From assembly GCF_048593235.1 (NCBI RefSeq), contig NC_133617.1, forward strand, positions 18,853,607 to 18,917,606: a stretch of 64,000 nt of DNA, read 5' to 3'. The position numbers were made by a program, and so were the translations under genes. Positions 35,999-48,330 of this stretch are shown here, piece after piece. Below the pieces are notes generated by a model. That model made no database searches and was not told where the DNA came from. It worked only from the letters and a program-made list of their open reading frames with translations. Every line of letters begins with the position of its first letter. The first letter of the stretch is position 1. The stretch is from Sminthopsis crassicaudata (Eukaryota).

Positions 35999-36349
35999 TG
36001 TAATGTGCTGTCGTCTCCAGAAACTGCCGATCGCTCTCTGGTCTAGAGGAGAGACTTCTTCCTCCGGAGAGCCATCTCAAGTCTGGTCCAGACAAGACTC
36101 TCTATCTCTCATGTGCAGCCCTCTTTTATCCTCCCAGAGAATGGGCGTGGGATAACGCAAGGGCTTCTGGGAAAAATTACTTCAACCAATGAACTTGCTC
36201 CTCCTAAGCATGCAAGCTCCTTCCCCAGGAGTTCACAGATGTAAAATTCCCAGTCATGGCTGGAACTAGAGAATTGTCAAGTACCGACTTAGCACTTAGT
36301 AAGAACCTAATATCTCATTATCTCATTAGCACTTAGTAAGAACCTAACA
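35999..36349 (-). mobile_element. Solo LTR, ERV2/beta-like (6-bp TSD)
   Basis: TG...CA ends, perfect TSD ctaaca at 35993-35998 and 36350-36355; on minus ATTGG, CCACGCCC and ATAAAAG occur in promoter order. Confidence 0.78.
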
Positions 36350-36414
36350 CTAACACTTAAGACATTTTTCATGACTTAAATCAGCCACTTTGCAGCTTTC
36401 TAAATCAAGTCCCT

Positions 36415-36635
36415 TTGTCTATCGTTCTGGGGTCATTTCCCTCATGTCCGACTGACCCCTTGGGGAGTTTTCTTGGCAAAGATACTGCGGTGCTTTGCTA
36501 TTTCCTTCTCCAGCTCATTTTGCAGATGGGGAAACTGAGGCAGTGAAGTGATAGCCTGGGATCACACAGCTAGTAAGCCTGTATAAAAGAGACTGGGCCC
36601 AGTGCTCTTTGCCCTATGGCACCACCTAGTGGCCC
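36415..36635 (-). mobile_element. Mar1-type CORE-SINE with RTE-derived tail
   Basis: tttcttggcaaagatactg...tttccttctccagctcattttgcagatggggaaactgaggc on plus. Confidence 0.75.
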
Positions 36636-36773
36636 ATTTCATTCAGCCCTTTGAATGCTTGAAGCTCTCAATCAAGTTTCCCCCCACCACTCTACCCCCG
36701 TCCCCCAACTCCCTTGCACATTTAAATCTCTTTTGACTATTTGGATTGAAAAATCTTTCTTTAAAAGAGGCAG

Positions 36774-36848
36774 AATTGGTTTTAAGAGCCAAGGCCAGAA
36801 AGTGAGCTTTACAATTGGTTTTAAGAGCCAAGGCCAGAAAGTGAGCTT
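36774..36848. repeat. Tandem duplication, 39-bp period (36 bp identical)
   Basis: aattggttttaagagccaaggccagaaagtgagctt at 36774 and 36813. Confidence 0.9.
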
Positions 36849-37245
36849 CACAAATCCAGATGTCAATCTGAGGATGTCCATTATAGCTTAGGACACATGG
36901 TGGAAAATCCTATCCTTTCACCCACTGCCTATGGGCCATCCTGTAGACATCTCCCATTGAACGTGTCCAAAACTGAATTCATCTCCCCCTCCCCTTTCCC
37001 AGTTTTTTTTTTTTCAGAAAGCTAGTAATTGCTGGGAATAGGATCTGAATCCAGTTCTTCTAACTCTCCACTTTGCATGCTCTCCCTGGGTGGATAGGAC
37101 AATGATTACTGCTCCATTTGACAGAGGAAGAGACTGAGGTCTGGGGAAGCTGACCCATCATAGAAGGATGGTCAACAGTTTCCATCAGCCACATAACAGA
37201 AGAGAAGCCCCACAGGCTCCCTCCCTCTGTCTTGGAGAGACTTAC

Positions 37246-37370
37246 GATTAACATGGTCACCAGCTGATTCTTCTTGGCCACCTGCGCGTGAGAGAAGATG
37301 CAGTTGAGCACAGGTGACATGTCTGGCTTAAACTGCTCCCGGAGGTTAATCACGCACTTGTCATAGTGGG
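37246..37370 (-). CDS. ACACB: ACACB exon 10/39 ([10 protein letters not shown]...VTMLI)
   Basis: cctccag acceptor, ATC|gtaagt donor, 125 nt. Confidence 0.93.
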
Positions 37371-37468
37371 CTGGAGGGAGAAAGATGTCATGTGTTTAGA
37401 CTTGGATTTCCTTTTTGTCCCATTACTGGCCTCTAGCAGAAAGAGGTGCACCCCCATTCCAGCCTTGC

Positions 37469-37557
37469 CTTGTTGGAAATGATGTTCCACTTGCAGGTAT
37501 TTCCTTAACAAATCTAATACCACGGTCTTCATGTAGCCCCTTGTTCCACTCCGGTAC
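37469..37557 (-). CDS. ACACB: ACACB exon 9/39 ([10 protein letters not shown]...HFQQ A), GC donor
   Basis: cacacag acceptor; AAG|gcaagg donor is required to give QQA-HYDK; 89 nt. Confidence 0.9.
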
Positions 37558-37736
37558 CTGTGTGAGAAAGGAGTGCATTACTGCCGGCCTTGGGGTCAGA
37601 AGCAGAAGGAGACTCTTGATGGTCCTTCCTCCCAAGAGGTCACAGCCACAAGGATCCTAAGAAGTGATCTCTTGCAAATGCCATACTGTCATTATTTACT
37701 TAGCTGCATGTGGTCTCCCTCAGTAGGGCAGTGTTT

Positions 37737-37738
<2 letters not shown>

Positions 37739-37782
<44 letters not shown>
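37739..37782. repeat. (GT)n microsatellite
   Basis: Pure GT run. Confidence 0.95.
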
Positions 37783-37789
<7 letters not shown>

Positions 37790-38169
37790 CCATATTTCAT
37801 GTCCTGAGTGCCAGCCACTGGGAACACAAAGCATTAAGTTTCTTACTAGATGCTTGATTGACTATTGCTATGCCCAGCCCAGTGGAATATTGTGTCGAGT
37901 TGGTAAAGCACTAATACTCTCCTAGTTGCGTAAAAATTAAGGCCAATTAGAGCCTTGGCTGGATAACCTACCCTCATTTCATGAGATATTTCACTCTGAC
38001 CTTCCCAACAACCTGGGAGGACAGGCAGGGTAGGGACCGTCATCTCCATTTGGATGGAACTGCAAGGAACACAGTGACCCTGGGTCCTCAGAATGCCCCC
38101 AAGAGAGGGCACTGCTAAAGAATTGACCACTTCTGTTTCTCCTAATTATAATTAGCAATAGTTCATATT

Positions 38170-38380
38170 TAGGGAGCACTTTAAGATTTCCAAAGCACTT
38201 TAAGGTATTTCACCTGGAGCAACATTGAAGGGTAAGTGTCATTATTCCCATTTTACAGATGAGGAAGTTGAAAAAGAGATTGTTACTTATTCACAGTCAA
38301 CAGCTATTAAGTATCTGAGGTAAAATTTGAATTCAAGTCTTCCTGACTCTTAAGTCAAGCACCTTACCCATCATGCCACA
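38170..38380 (-). mobile_element. MIR/CORE-SINE, degenerate
   Basis: ttattcccattttacagatgaggaagttga...tttgaattcaagtcttcctgact. Confidence 0.6.
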
Positions 38381-38799
38381 TAGCTAGATAACTGAGAATT
38401 TAAAATCAGCCGTCCAGGTAACAAGAGGCCTGCTGGAGCTCTCCCTGCCACTGATGTTTGGAATTCTAAATTCCTAAATTTGCCCGGTGATAAAACCAAG
38501 CCAAAAACAATCTTCTAAAGGGAAGGGGAGTAAGGGGGAGCTTGGCAGAGAAGAACAAACTGGAGTGGATGCATGGATGGGCTGTGGGACTTGTTTCCTT
38601 CTCTGGATCAGAATATTATTCCCGCTCCTTAGCTAACAGGATTGTGACAAGGTTCAAATGAGAGGGGAGACAGAAAATGCACAAGGCAACCATAAAGCCT
38701 AGCACCATCATCCCAAGGTAGTCACACCTGTGATTTCATCGCTATAGCAACACTCGGGGCAGAAATCCTCTCTGCCAAAATCCATCAACAATCCATCAG

Positions 38800-39206
38800 G
38801 CGGCAAGGCCCTCTCCAACAATGAGATGAGCCAAATCAGTTCCAATAGAGCAGTAATGAACTGAACCAGCTACACCCAGTGAAAGAACTCTGGGAGACGA
38901 CTAAGAACCACTACATAGAATTCTCAATACCCCTATTTTTGTTCGCCTGCATTTTGGATTTCCTTCACAGGCTAATTGTACACTGTTTCAAAGTCCAATT
39001 CTTTTTGTACAGCAAAACAACTGTTTGGACATGTATATGTATATTGTATTTATTTTATACTTTAACATATTTAACATATATTGGTCAATGTGCCATCTGG
39101 GGGTGGGGGGAAGGAGGGGGAAAGTTGAAACAAAAGATTTTGCAATTGTCAATGCTGAAAAATTGCCTATGCATAAAACTTTTGTAAAAATAAATTTAAA
39201 AAAAAG
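38800..39206 (+). mobile_element. L1 3' UTR fragment with poly(A)
   Basis: L1 3' UTR-like sequence (gaactgaaccagctacacccag...), G-rich tract, A tail; probable imperfect TSD aa(t/g)ccatcagg. Confidence 0.75.
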
Positions 39207-39684
39207 CCATCAGGCACTTAAGAGGTGGAGAAAGCTGCCTGGGATACTGAGGTTAGAGGCGCCCAGAGTCATGTGGCAGTATGGGACAGAGACAGCAGCT
39301 CTTCCTGACTCTGCCCTGGGATACACTGCCTGTCATGTCATTTCTACAACCAACACTGAGGTCGGCTGCATCTTTTTTCCCTTTAAAATGTTTACACAAT
39401 AATGAAATTTGTACAAAACAAAATATAAATAAATGCTTCTGGACAGACTGATTGAAAAATAACAAAAATCTTGTTTGCCACAATAGGGATTTGTTGATTA
39501 GTAAAGAATTCTGTCACAGAGGACCCATAATAGCCACGTATGCTCCTTCAGGTGATGGGGCTGGGCATTGCTTCCAGTGTCCCCGGCCATTAGCTAAACC
39601 TACTCCTGACAAAGAGCATGGTGGCAGAACTTGGTCTCCATCATATAGTTTCAAGGTTCCTTTGCCCAGGGGGTCTTGAGTCAC

Positions 39685-39785
39685 CTTTGGACTAGCTGCA
39701 CAATGCTCTGAGTGTTCATGAAGAAAACTTCTCGGTCTGCTTTCCGCTGGAGAGTTGCAGCGTGGCTGTCCAGGATGTTGGCGAT
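39685..39785 (-). CDS. ACACB: ACACB exon 8/39 ([10 protein letters not shown]...VQLVQ R)
   Basis: catttag acceptor, AG|gtgact donor, 101 nt. Confidence 0.93.
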
Positions 39786-41499
39786 CTAAATGGGGGAAAA
39801 AGAGCTCATCTAACTACTCATGTCCAAGAGATACGGGTCCCTAATTGCTAACGAAATTCTGGATTCCTTCTGAAGGCAGGGATGGACTCGTTAATTCTGA
39901 TTTCAGATGTTCAAGGAGACTGAGCTTGCCAGGAATAGAGGAGAACAGAATTAGAGAGCAACGTCTCTAAGGAGTCAATCCCTCCCACTCCTTGGTTCTC
40001 ACAACACTCTTTCTCCCTGTGCTCTCATTAGGGTCCGAGGTCTGCTGCGTTGATCTAGGCCCGAAGACCCTCCCAGATAATAGCACAGAGGTTCACTATC
40101 TAGGAGAACAGTTCCTACAGGAAAGACCTACTAAAAGGAGGGACTAAAGTACACAAATAAATGAGAGTGAATGAATGAAGCAATGTACAAGATTTGCACT
40201 TCTTTCAATAGTGGCCTTGACAGCCATTCCCTAAAGCAAATAGAGGGGGTGTGAGAAAAGTACCAGGCCCCTTTCAGTCATATAAAAGGAAGAAAGGTGG
40301 GCAATGATTCCAATGGAATCTGTAAAGGAGGTTCAGGAAATTGGTCCCACTTCTCCATGAGGAACTCTCTCTGCTGAGGCAGATAGCAGCACCTCCCCAG
40401 CTCTGGGACATTATCAAGGTTATCCTTACCCTCTCCACCTTGTGGGCTTGTTACCCCTCATCACTCTGTTGGTGACACTCTTAAGACTGTCTGGTTTGGA
40501 GGGGCCTGCCAGGCCTTGAGTCACTGCTATGGTCTCCAAGAGTCCAGGTTCTCTTGGTACCAAGTCTCAACATAGGACCTCAGTGAAAGTGCGAATATAC
40601 TTTATGGCTTATAAAGATCATCATCAGAAGAAGCTAGGGAGACAGATCCACATCTTACAACAGACCCCAAGATAAGTTCCCAATGGCCATAGGGCTTAAA
40701 CATAAAGGAGCATCACAATTCACTCTGAAGAGCATGGAAGAAATTCCCTTTCTATTCTACGGAAAGGGGAGAGGTCACACTCAAACAAGGAAGAGAGAAA
40801 AGAAAACAGACAATTTGGATTCTATGCAACTCAGAAGTTTTTGGATAAATAAGTTCAACAGAGCTAAAATTAGAAAAGACGTAAATAACTGAGACAATCT
40901 TTGCAACGAGAGATGGGTCATATATTTGTGTGTACATATATGCATTGCGTTGGGTGACATACTAATGATACACGTGGATTATTGAGCATAAATAAAAACA
41001 AAAGTATATGTATACATGATACATAAACTGCAATAATTACAATAATTATATGTGATTAGACATAGACGTATGCTACGGCATATATGTATACCCGCACGTG
41101 TGTATTATGCATATTGTACATAATATACCTGTGTGGGAATACATATATATGTACATCTATATACACACAATATACATATATAACACACATAAATATACAT
41201 ATATGCCCATACCCATAAAACTATACACAACACAGCACAACACACATCTATGCCTAAAATAGAATGTATTTACACACAATGTGCATATGCGTACATATAT
41301 GCATGCATAGTAAATACACACATGTGCACACATAAAAGCAAAGCCATACACATATAATGCATAGATACGTATACGATGCACACATTAAATGCCATAGACA
41401 TGTGCACGTTACTTATGAGTGTATATGTTATGCTCTAATACAACATACATAAACATTCATACACATACAATATGCATGTACATATACATGGTATTGATT

Positions 41500-42310
41500 C
41501 GATTCTGCAAGAATAAGAGCCATTCTCCAATTAATAAATGGTCAAAGCTTACAGTCTTCAGAAGAAGAACTCTAAGCTATTAATATTCATTTGAATGAAT
41601 GCTCCAAATCTCTAGGAATTAGAAAAATGCAAATTAAAGCAACTCTGGGGCTCCACCTCAAACCCACCATATTGGTTAAGTTGGCACAAAAGGAACATGA
41701 TAAATGTTGGCAGGCTCTGGGCGAACCAGCACCAGAATGCACTGCTAACAGACCATTCGGGAAAGCAATGTGGAACCAACTCGTCTAAACTGTGAATAGC
41801 TTGGGATCTAGCCAGATCACTGCTCGTTCTATGTCCCAAAGTGACAAAAGAAAGAGAAAAAAGACCCAGATGAACAAAAATACTGATGATCAACTCTTTG
41901 AAGGGTGCAATTAAGGTAACAGAATGCTTTTTGCTGTAAGAAATAATGGACAGAAAAATCTGTAGGAACTGACGGTAAGTGACCTGAGCAGAATCAGAAA
42001 AAAACAATTTCTATAGTAACGACCCTTTTGTAGAGACAAATGACTCAAGCCTCAAGCACTCTGTTCCATAAGCCCAGAGGAATGATGATAAAGCCACTAA
42101 CTCTCCTCCCAATGGAGGGAGCTGGAAGAACGAGATACATATTTTTTTAGAGATGGGCATTGTGGGAATTTGTTTGCTGGACTGTGTATATTTTTATAAG
42201 AGTTTTGCTTTGCTTTGCCTTTTTCCCAATGGAGTGAGGGAAGCAGGGAGAGAAAATTAGATTCTTTTGTTCACTGGAAAAAAATCTTTTTTAAAAAAAT
42301 TAATTGTAAA
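41500..42310 (+). mobile_element. Old L1 ORF2-end/3' UTR fragment
   Basis: aaatgcaaattaaagcaactctg...ctcaaaccc...tgataaatgttgg motif. Confidence 0.65.
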
Positions 42311-43257
42311 AATTCCAATTAAAAAGTTTTTTTTTTTAAAGATCACTGCCACACAATGAGTGGAAGAAAAGACTATGTGAATTGACCTTTTGGAGCTGGA
42401 AGCACCTCTGAAAATAATCTAGCCCAACCGCACCACATGAAGGAAGAGAAAGGAGGCCCAGAGCTGGCCGGGGATACGGCCAAGTCACGCACCAAGTGAG
42501 TGGCTGAGCAGAGGCTTGACCCAAGGTCTTCCAGTGCCTGGTCCAGAGCTCCCTCCACTACTCCACAGTCACACTAAGTACAAATGATAAATAAAGCATT
42601 CAGCTTGGGCCCCAGGGGCAGACCAGGTGTTCAACAAACATCTCTTCAACTGATGAGCATTAAAGATGGCTTCGGATTTTTGCTCTATTCTTTTGATAAG
42701 ATGTTATTTTTTTTTCCTTAAAGTACTGTCTATTTGGCTAAGGTTCAAAGCTTCTGAGGAGCGCTTTTACACCTAACTTTTTAAAGTGAGGAGGGCCATT
42801 CTACCAGAAACTAGTCGCTTCTGAAAGTTTGGCAAAAACTTTGAACAGAGACAATTCAGGATTTATCTGTGTTCATACTAGATAGATACACAAGTCTCTG
42901 GATCACGAAAGATTGAACTGTTGAAATCCCAAGGTGGTTGTGAAGAAGGTACTTGGTAAATGTTACAAAAGTCTCCAGTTCCAGAAAGCTCAATCGGGAG
43001 CTCCCGAGCCTCCAATGACTGGCCTGGGAGATCAGAGCTGCCCCTGCCCACAAGGATAATCACTGAGTGGTAAGTTAACCTTCTAATAAGGACTGGAAAG
43101 GATTGTGATCTCTAAATCTGTAGAAGGAAGGTCCTGTGTTGATAAGATCACAAGTCTCCTGACATTTTCTATCAGAGGCCGGATATAAGAATCCATAACG
43201 GTTTCGGGAGATGTCATGGGATCACCCGAGAGCCATACCTCCCTCCACACTCTTTAC

Positions 43258-43446
43258 CTGCTGGCTGGGGAACTGGCACAGCACAGAGGTGATGTTGCTT
43301 GCATACTGGGCCATGACTTTGCGGACCGCTTTCTCCACAGAGGGCGGGATCCGGCCAGAGACGCTGGTCATGATCTCCTGGAGCTCCAGAAGGGGTAAGG
43401 AGGGGGACCGGAGGGTGACCATCAGCTTGTTGACCCATTCTTTGAG
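43258..43446 (-). CDS. ACACB: ACACB exon 7/39 (LKEWVNKL...FPSQQ)
   Basis: ctttcag acceptor, CAG|gtaaag donor, 189 nt. Confidence 0.94.
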
Positions 43447-43998
43447 CTGAAAGAGACAAAAATCATTCACGTTTACGACCTGTATAGCTAGCAGTATGAT
43501 GCTAAGGGGCATGCATGGAGTGCAATTTTGGAAGATTGGGCAGGTTAATCAAATAACCAAGCAGAGAATTCAAGTAGAATTGGCTCTCTTCACTGGAATC
43601 ACGCAGCTGGGTCCTACCTAGTCTACCGAATTCAGCTCAGGGGATTTATTTCTTCCATAAAGCCTTTCCTCCCCCTAAGAACTCTAATTTACATTCATCT
43701 CTTCTCTAAGCATCTGGACAGGACTGCGTTTTTCTCTGTTTCTCATTTGTCTACTTCATCTCGTCTCCCAAGAGACTAATGGCTCTCTGGAGTAAGAACC
43801 ACATCATTTGGTTCCTTTCACAGCACTTAGGACGGTATGAAATACACTACCTGTGGAGGGGGCTTTCAATTGGGTTCCTGTTGAGAGCTTTGGGGTTTTA
43901 TGGGTCAGTCTGTCTCATCTAACAAGATGCTTTTGTTAGCCTAGGAACTGAAGCCATGGATTTATAGTTAGAATTGCTATATGTATCCTGACAGCATA

Positions 43999-44250
43999 GG
44001 GGCACTAGGTGGCAGCATGGCATAGAGAGCACCAATCAAGAGGCCATGAGTTCCAATTCAACCTCAGACACTACTAGCTGTGTGACCCTGAAGAAGTCAC
44101 TTTACCCTCTCTGCCTCAGTTTCTTCATATGTAAAATGAGCTGGAGAAAGAAATGGTACACCACACCAGTATGTTTGTAAAGAAAGAAAAAAAGTCTAAA
44201 TAGGGTCATAAAGAATCAGATACAACTTAAAAATGACTAAACAACCAAAA
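43999..44250 (+). mobile_element. Mar1-type CORE-SINE with RTE-derived tail
   Basis: tRNA head, CORE (gcctcagtttcttcatatgtaaaatg), then gagctggagaaagaaatgg...ccagtat tail. Confidence 0.75.
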
Positions 44251-44639
44251 AATACTGACTATATCCATCATGGTTCTAGAAAATACTCAACATGTACGTA
44301 CCAGTATTCTCTTACTTGTCTGACCACCACTAATCTAGAACTAGCATGAACTATAATTATACATCTTATATAAATAGTTGATTAAAGTATCTTTTGAACT
44401 TGGTATTAATTAAAATACATTATCAATTAAAAAGGAATGCAAGTTATATATGTGTATATATGCATACACACCCACATATATATATACATATATATGGATT
44501 TCTGGACATTTGTCTTACAACTGATAATATAGATGTTCTTCTGAACATCTGATGTTGATTATAACAGAAAATGTGGTCAATTTCAATGAAATAAAATTGA
44601 AAATTTTTGCATTAAGAAAGATTAACATAGTTAGAATAA

Positions 44640-44990
44640 GAAGAGAAACTGTCAAATGAGGGGGCAAGCTTTCATCAAAAAATCTCTCCTAGAAGTCTGA
44701 TATCCAAAATATATAGGAAATTGACCCAAATCTTTATAAGAACCATACCCTTCCTCTCCCCTCCCAATAGATTTTCAGCAAAGAGATCTGGGTAATTTTC
44801 AAATAGAAAGAAAAAAACCCTCAACAACTATATAAAAATGCTCTAAATAACTTATAAGAGAAATAGAAATTAAAACAAATTAGTAAAGAAGGTTTAAAAC
44901 AGAAATAATTAGTGTTAGGCTCTGGAAGGATAGGAGCAAATATGCTATTGGTGGAGCTTTGAATTGGTCCAACTGGTCTGGTTATCAGTT
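44640..44990 (+). mobile_element. Old L1 ORF2 fragment
   Basis: tctgatatccaaaatatatagg...agagaaatagaaattaaaacaa...attggtggagct motifs. Confidence 0.5.
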
Positions 44991-45669
44991 GATAAACATT
45001 TATTAAGCAATAGACATTGTGCTAAGCACTGAGGATACAAAAAAGAGTAGAAAAGGCAGTTTTTTTTACCCCAGGGACGTTATAATCTAATGAGGAAGAC
45101 AACATGCAAACCTGTACAAAGCAATGTATATACAGGATAAATGGGAAATAATAGAAGGTTGAGGAGGTCTTTCAATTAAAGAAGATATTTTAATTTGAAC
45201 TTAAAGGAAATAAGAGAGATCTAAAATTATAAAAAGTGGAGGAAAAAGAGTGTTATAAGTGGAACAGCCCAGAGAGAATATCCAGAGTGAGAGATGGAGG
45301 GTTTTATTTGTAGAAGAGCCCAGAGGTGGCTAGGGGCTAGAAATCAGAAGGTACATGGTGGGGGGAGTAGGGCGTTAGAAGGCTGAAAAGATAAGAGGGG
45401 GCTAGATAGGATATGAAAGGAAAGGAATACAGAACATTTTGTAGTCGATTCTGGAGGTGACAGGGAATCAATGGAATTTACAGAGCATGTGGGGAGTAGT
45501 GGTAGTGACATAATTAGACTTAGATTAGAGGTTGGAGCATGAATTGAAGTGGGAAGAGACCTGAGCTAGGCAGATCCACCATTTTAATAAAGGCTACTAT
45601 AATGGCCCAGGTGTGAAGTGATGAAGGACCTGCATCAGGATGGGGACAGTGTCAGAAGAGAGAAGGGGG

Positions 45670-45900
45670 TGTGAGAAATGCTGCACAGGTGAAACTGATG
45701 AGAAGTGCTACAGAGGTGAAAGAGATGAGAGATGCTGCAGAGGTGAAACTGATGAGAAGTGCTGCAGAGGTGAAACTGATGAGAGATGCTGCACAGGTGA
45801 AATCTAGGAGAAACACTGCACAGTATTTCTCCTGCACAGGTGATATTGATGAGAGATGCTGGAGAGGTGAAACTGACAAGATGTTACAGAGGTGAAACTG
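45670..45900. repeat. 27-bp minisatellite (gatgagaagtgctgcagaggtgaaact)n
   Basis: About 7-8 degenerate units. Confidence 0.85.
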
Positions 45901-46059
45901 ATTTATATATACTGCACAGTTGAAAGTGAAATTGACATATGACATAACCAGAACTATGTTTATATTATATTAAAAACCCAGGAAAAAGTGATTGTCAGAT
46001 ATATCCAAAAAAAAGTGTGATGCCCACAATAAAAACTGAACAAACCATGCAGATGGATT

Positions 46060-46625
46060 AAAAGTAATATTATGACACCATCTGACCATGTCACTCCCCT
46101 CCTCAATCATTCCAGTGGCTCCCTTTGGCTTCCAAGATTAAATACAAAATTATCTGTTTAACATTGAAAACTCTTCAAAACTCAGTCCCTTCCTACCTCT
46201 TGAGTCTATTTACACTTTATTTCCTATTTCGTATTCTTCCATCCAGGGACTTGGCCTTCTGACTGTTCCATGAATAAGAGTATCTATTCTTAGCTCCAGG
46301 CACTGTCTTTAGCTGTTCCCATTCCTGGAATACTCTTCCTTCTCTCTTACATCAATTGATCTTACTAACTTCCTTTAAGTTGCAACTAAAATCTCACCTT
46401 CCTCAGGAAGCCTTCCTCATTCCCTCTTAATTCCAGGATCTTCCCTCTGTTCATTATTTTCTATTTTTCCAGCATATAATTTGTTTTGCACCTATTTGTT
46501 GCATGTTGGCTTCCCCCATTAGACTGTCAAGCTCTGAAGGAAGAAACTGTCTTTGGCCTCTTTTTTGTATCTGCAATGCTCAGCACAGAGTCTGGCCACA
46601 CAGCAGGTGCTTAATAACATTTCCT
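46060..46625 (+). mobile_element. L2 3' fragment
   Basis: tgaccatgtcactcccct...ccagtggctccct...ggaagccttcct...gcacagagtctggc...gtgcttaata. Confidence 0.6.
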
Positions 46626-47799
46626 GACTGGCCATAAAGATGATCAAAAGCAATTCAGAAAAACATGGAAAGCCTTCACTGACCTGGTGCAGAGTAAGAG
46701 CATGAACAAAAATATATGCAATGGCAATGATGATATAAATAGAAATTTCTACATGCAGATGATCTCGGATTCCCTGCAGTGATTAGCTCTGGTCAGCCAT
46801 CTCAGGAGAAAGGCAGAAGGATTATGGGAAGGATGGTACTCGAGTTTTTCAGGCCTGGATAATCTTTTTTTTTTTTTGTTTTTTTGTTACAAGGGAGGGC
46901 TTAGTTGTTGTGGGGTGAATGAGGGGGTACTTCCACACAGTTTAGAAAGTGACTGTGATATAAAATTGATAAGAGGCACCAATAAAAGAAGAGAAATGAA
47001 TTTTTGGACATCTCTGATAAGCTTCTAACTCTTTCCTCCTATTGATGGAGAAGCTAAGTGTTGTGGGCCAGAACTCTGAATTTGAAGCAAGGATGCTTAC
47101 AAGGTACTAAGTGGAATTAATGAGACAATGGTTATCTAGTTTAGCACGCTTCAGTGTGACTGATGTAATCTTACAACAAATAATGGCTTCCTAGTGATAT
47201 AATGATTGGTTTACACTCAGTGTGGAGCATATAAGCAGGGACTGAGAGCCAGAGAGGACAAGAGCACTAGAAGCTCTCAGAGCCAAGGAGACAGAAATTC
47301 CTGGTGCTGGGCCTGGCCTCCTGCACTTCCCCCACTGAGACCAAGGCCGGTCTGAAAGGCTCTCCAGAAAGCTACCCAGCTCCAGGAAGGAGATAATAAA
47401 AGATTTGGACTTTAACCCCTGGCTGTTCTTGTGGTGATTACTGAACTGAAAAGAAGGCTGCTTCCAGAAGACCTCAATAAACCTGAACCAGAGAACATTA
47501 CAGCTAAGAGAGACCACAGGGTGAAGACCTAAACCCGAGTCTCTAGACTTTAGGCCAGGGTTCTTTCCCACACTTGCCTTGCCACCCAGGACACTTTCCT
47601 TCAAGTAATTTTTATTATTTTCTTTTGTCTTTTATTCTTTATTTGTCTAAGGAGCCAAATGAAAAGAGTCATCAAATAAGTGGGACATTACCTGTGGTCC
47701 CATGGTCTCTTCCCACCTCAGCCAAAAAGGCTTGGGGAAGGGACCCTCTCCTCTATGTTCTCTGGGGCCAATGTCAGTCTACATGCCCATTATCTCTAC

Positions 47800-48330
47800 T
47801 CACATGAATCATCATATAGATGTATCGGTTCAGACAAGTCATCTTTTCTTCTTCAGATTCTTAACACATGCTATTTCTCATCCCACTGACCTATTCCATC
47901 TCTTGCATTCATGTACTAACCTTATTGAGTCATTTCCTGATAGTCAGTGACATATATAAACATTTTGATGTTTGTGGGTGCATATATTTCTGTCACTGAT
48001 CTCCCCAGGGTTTGTGTCTAACAGGAAACTCTGGATCAAAGGTCTGAGCATTGTAATCATTTTCTCCACATAATTCCAAACTCATTACCAGAATAGTCAT
48101 ATCATTTTACAGCTCCACCAACAATGCATAAGTATGCCTTGCAACACTGACTGTTTCCATCTTCTCTCATCTTTGCCAATTTCCTGGGTATGAGGTAAAA
48201 CCCCAGAGTCATTTTTGATTTGTATTTCTCTTATTACTAGTAATATGCAGCCTTCTTTCAGGTAATTGTTAAATCATTTGCAATTTGGGAGTGGGTGGGG
48301 GAAGGGAGTGGTTTATTATATCTGTTCTGA
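47800..48330 (-). mobile_element. Old L1 ORF2-end fragment, reverse orientation
   Basis: Reverse complement of the L1 ORF2 terminal motifs (acagctccaccaacaatgc...gaggtaaaaccccagagtc...tttgtatttctcttatt). Confidence 0.6.
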
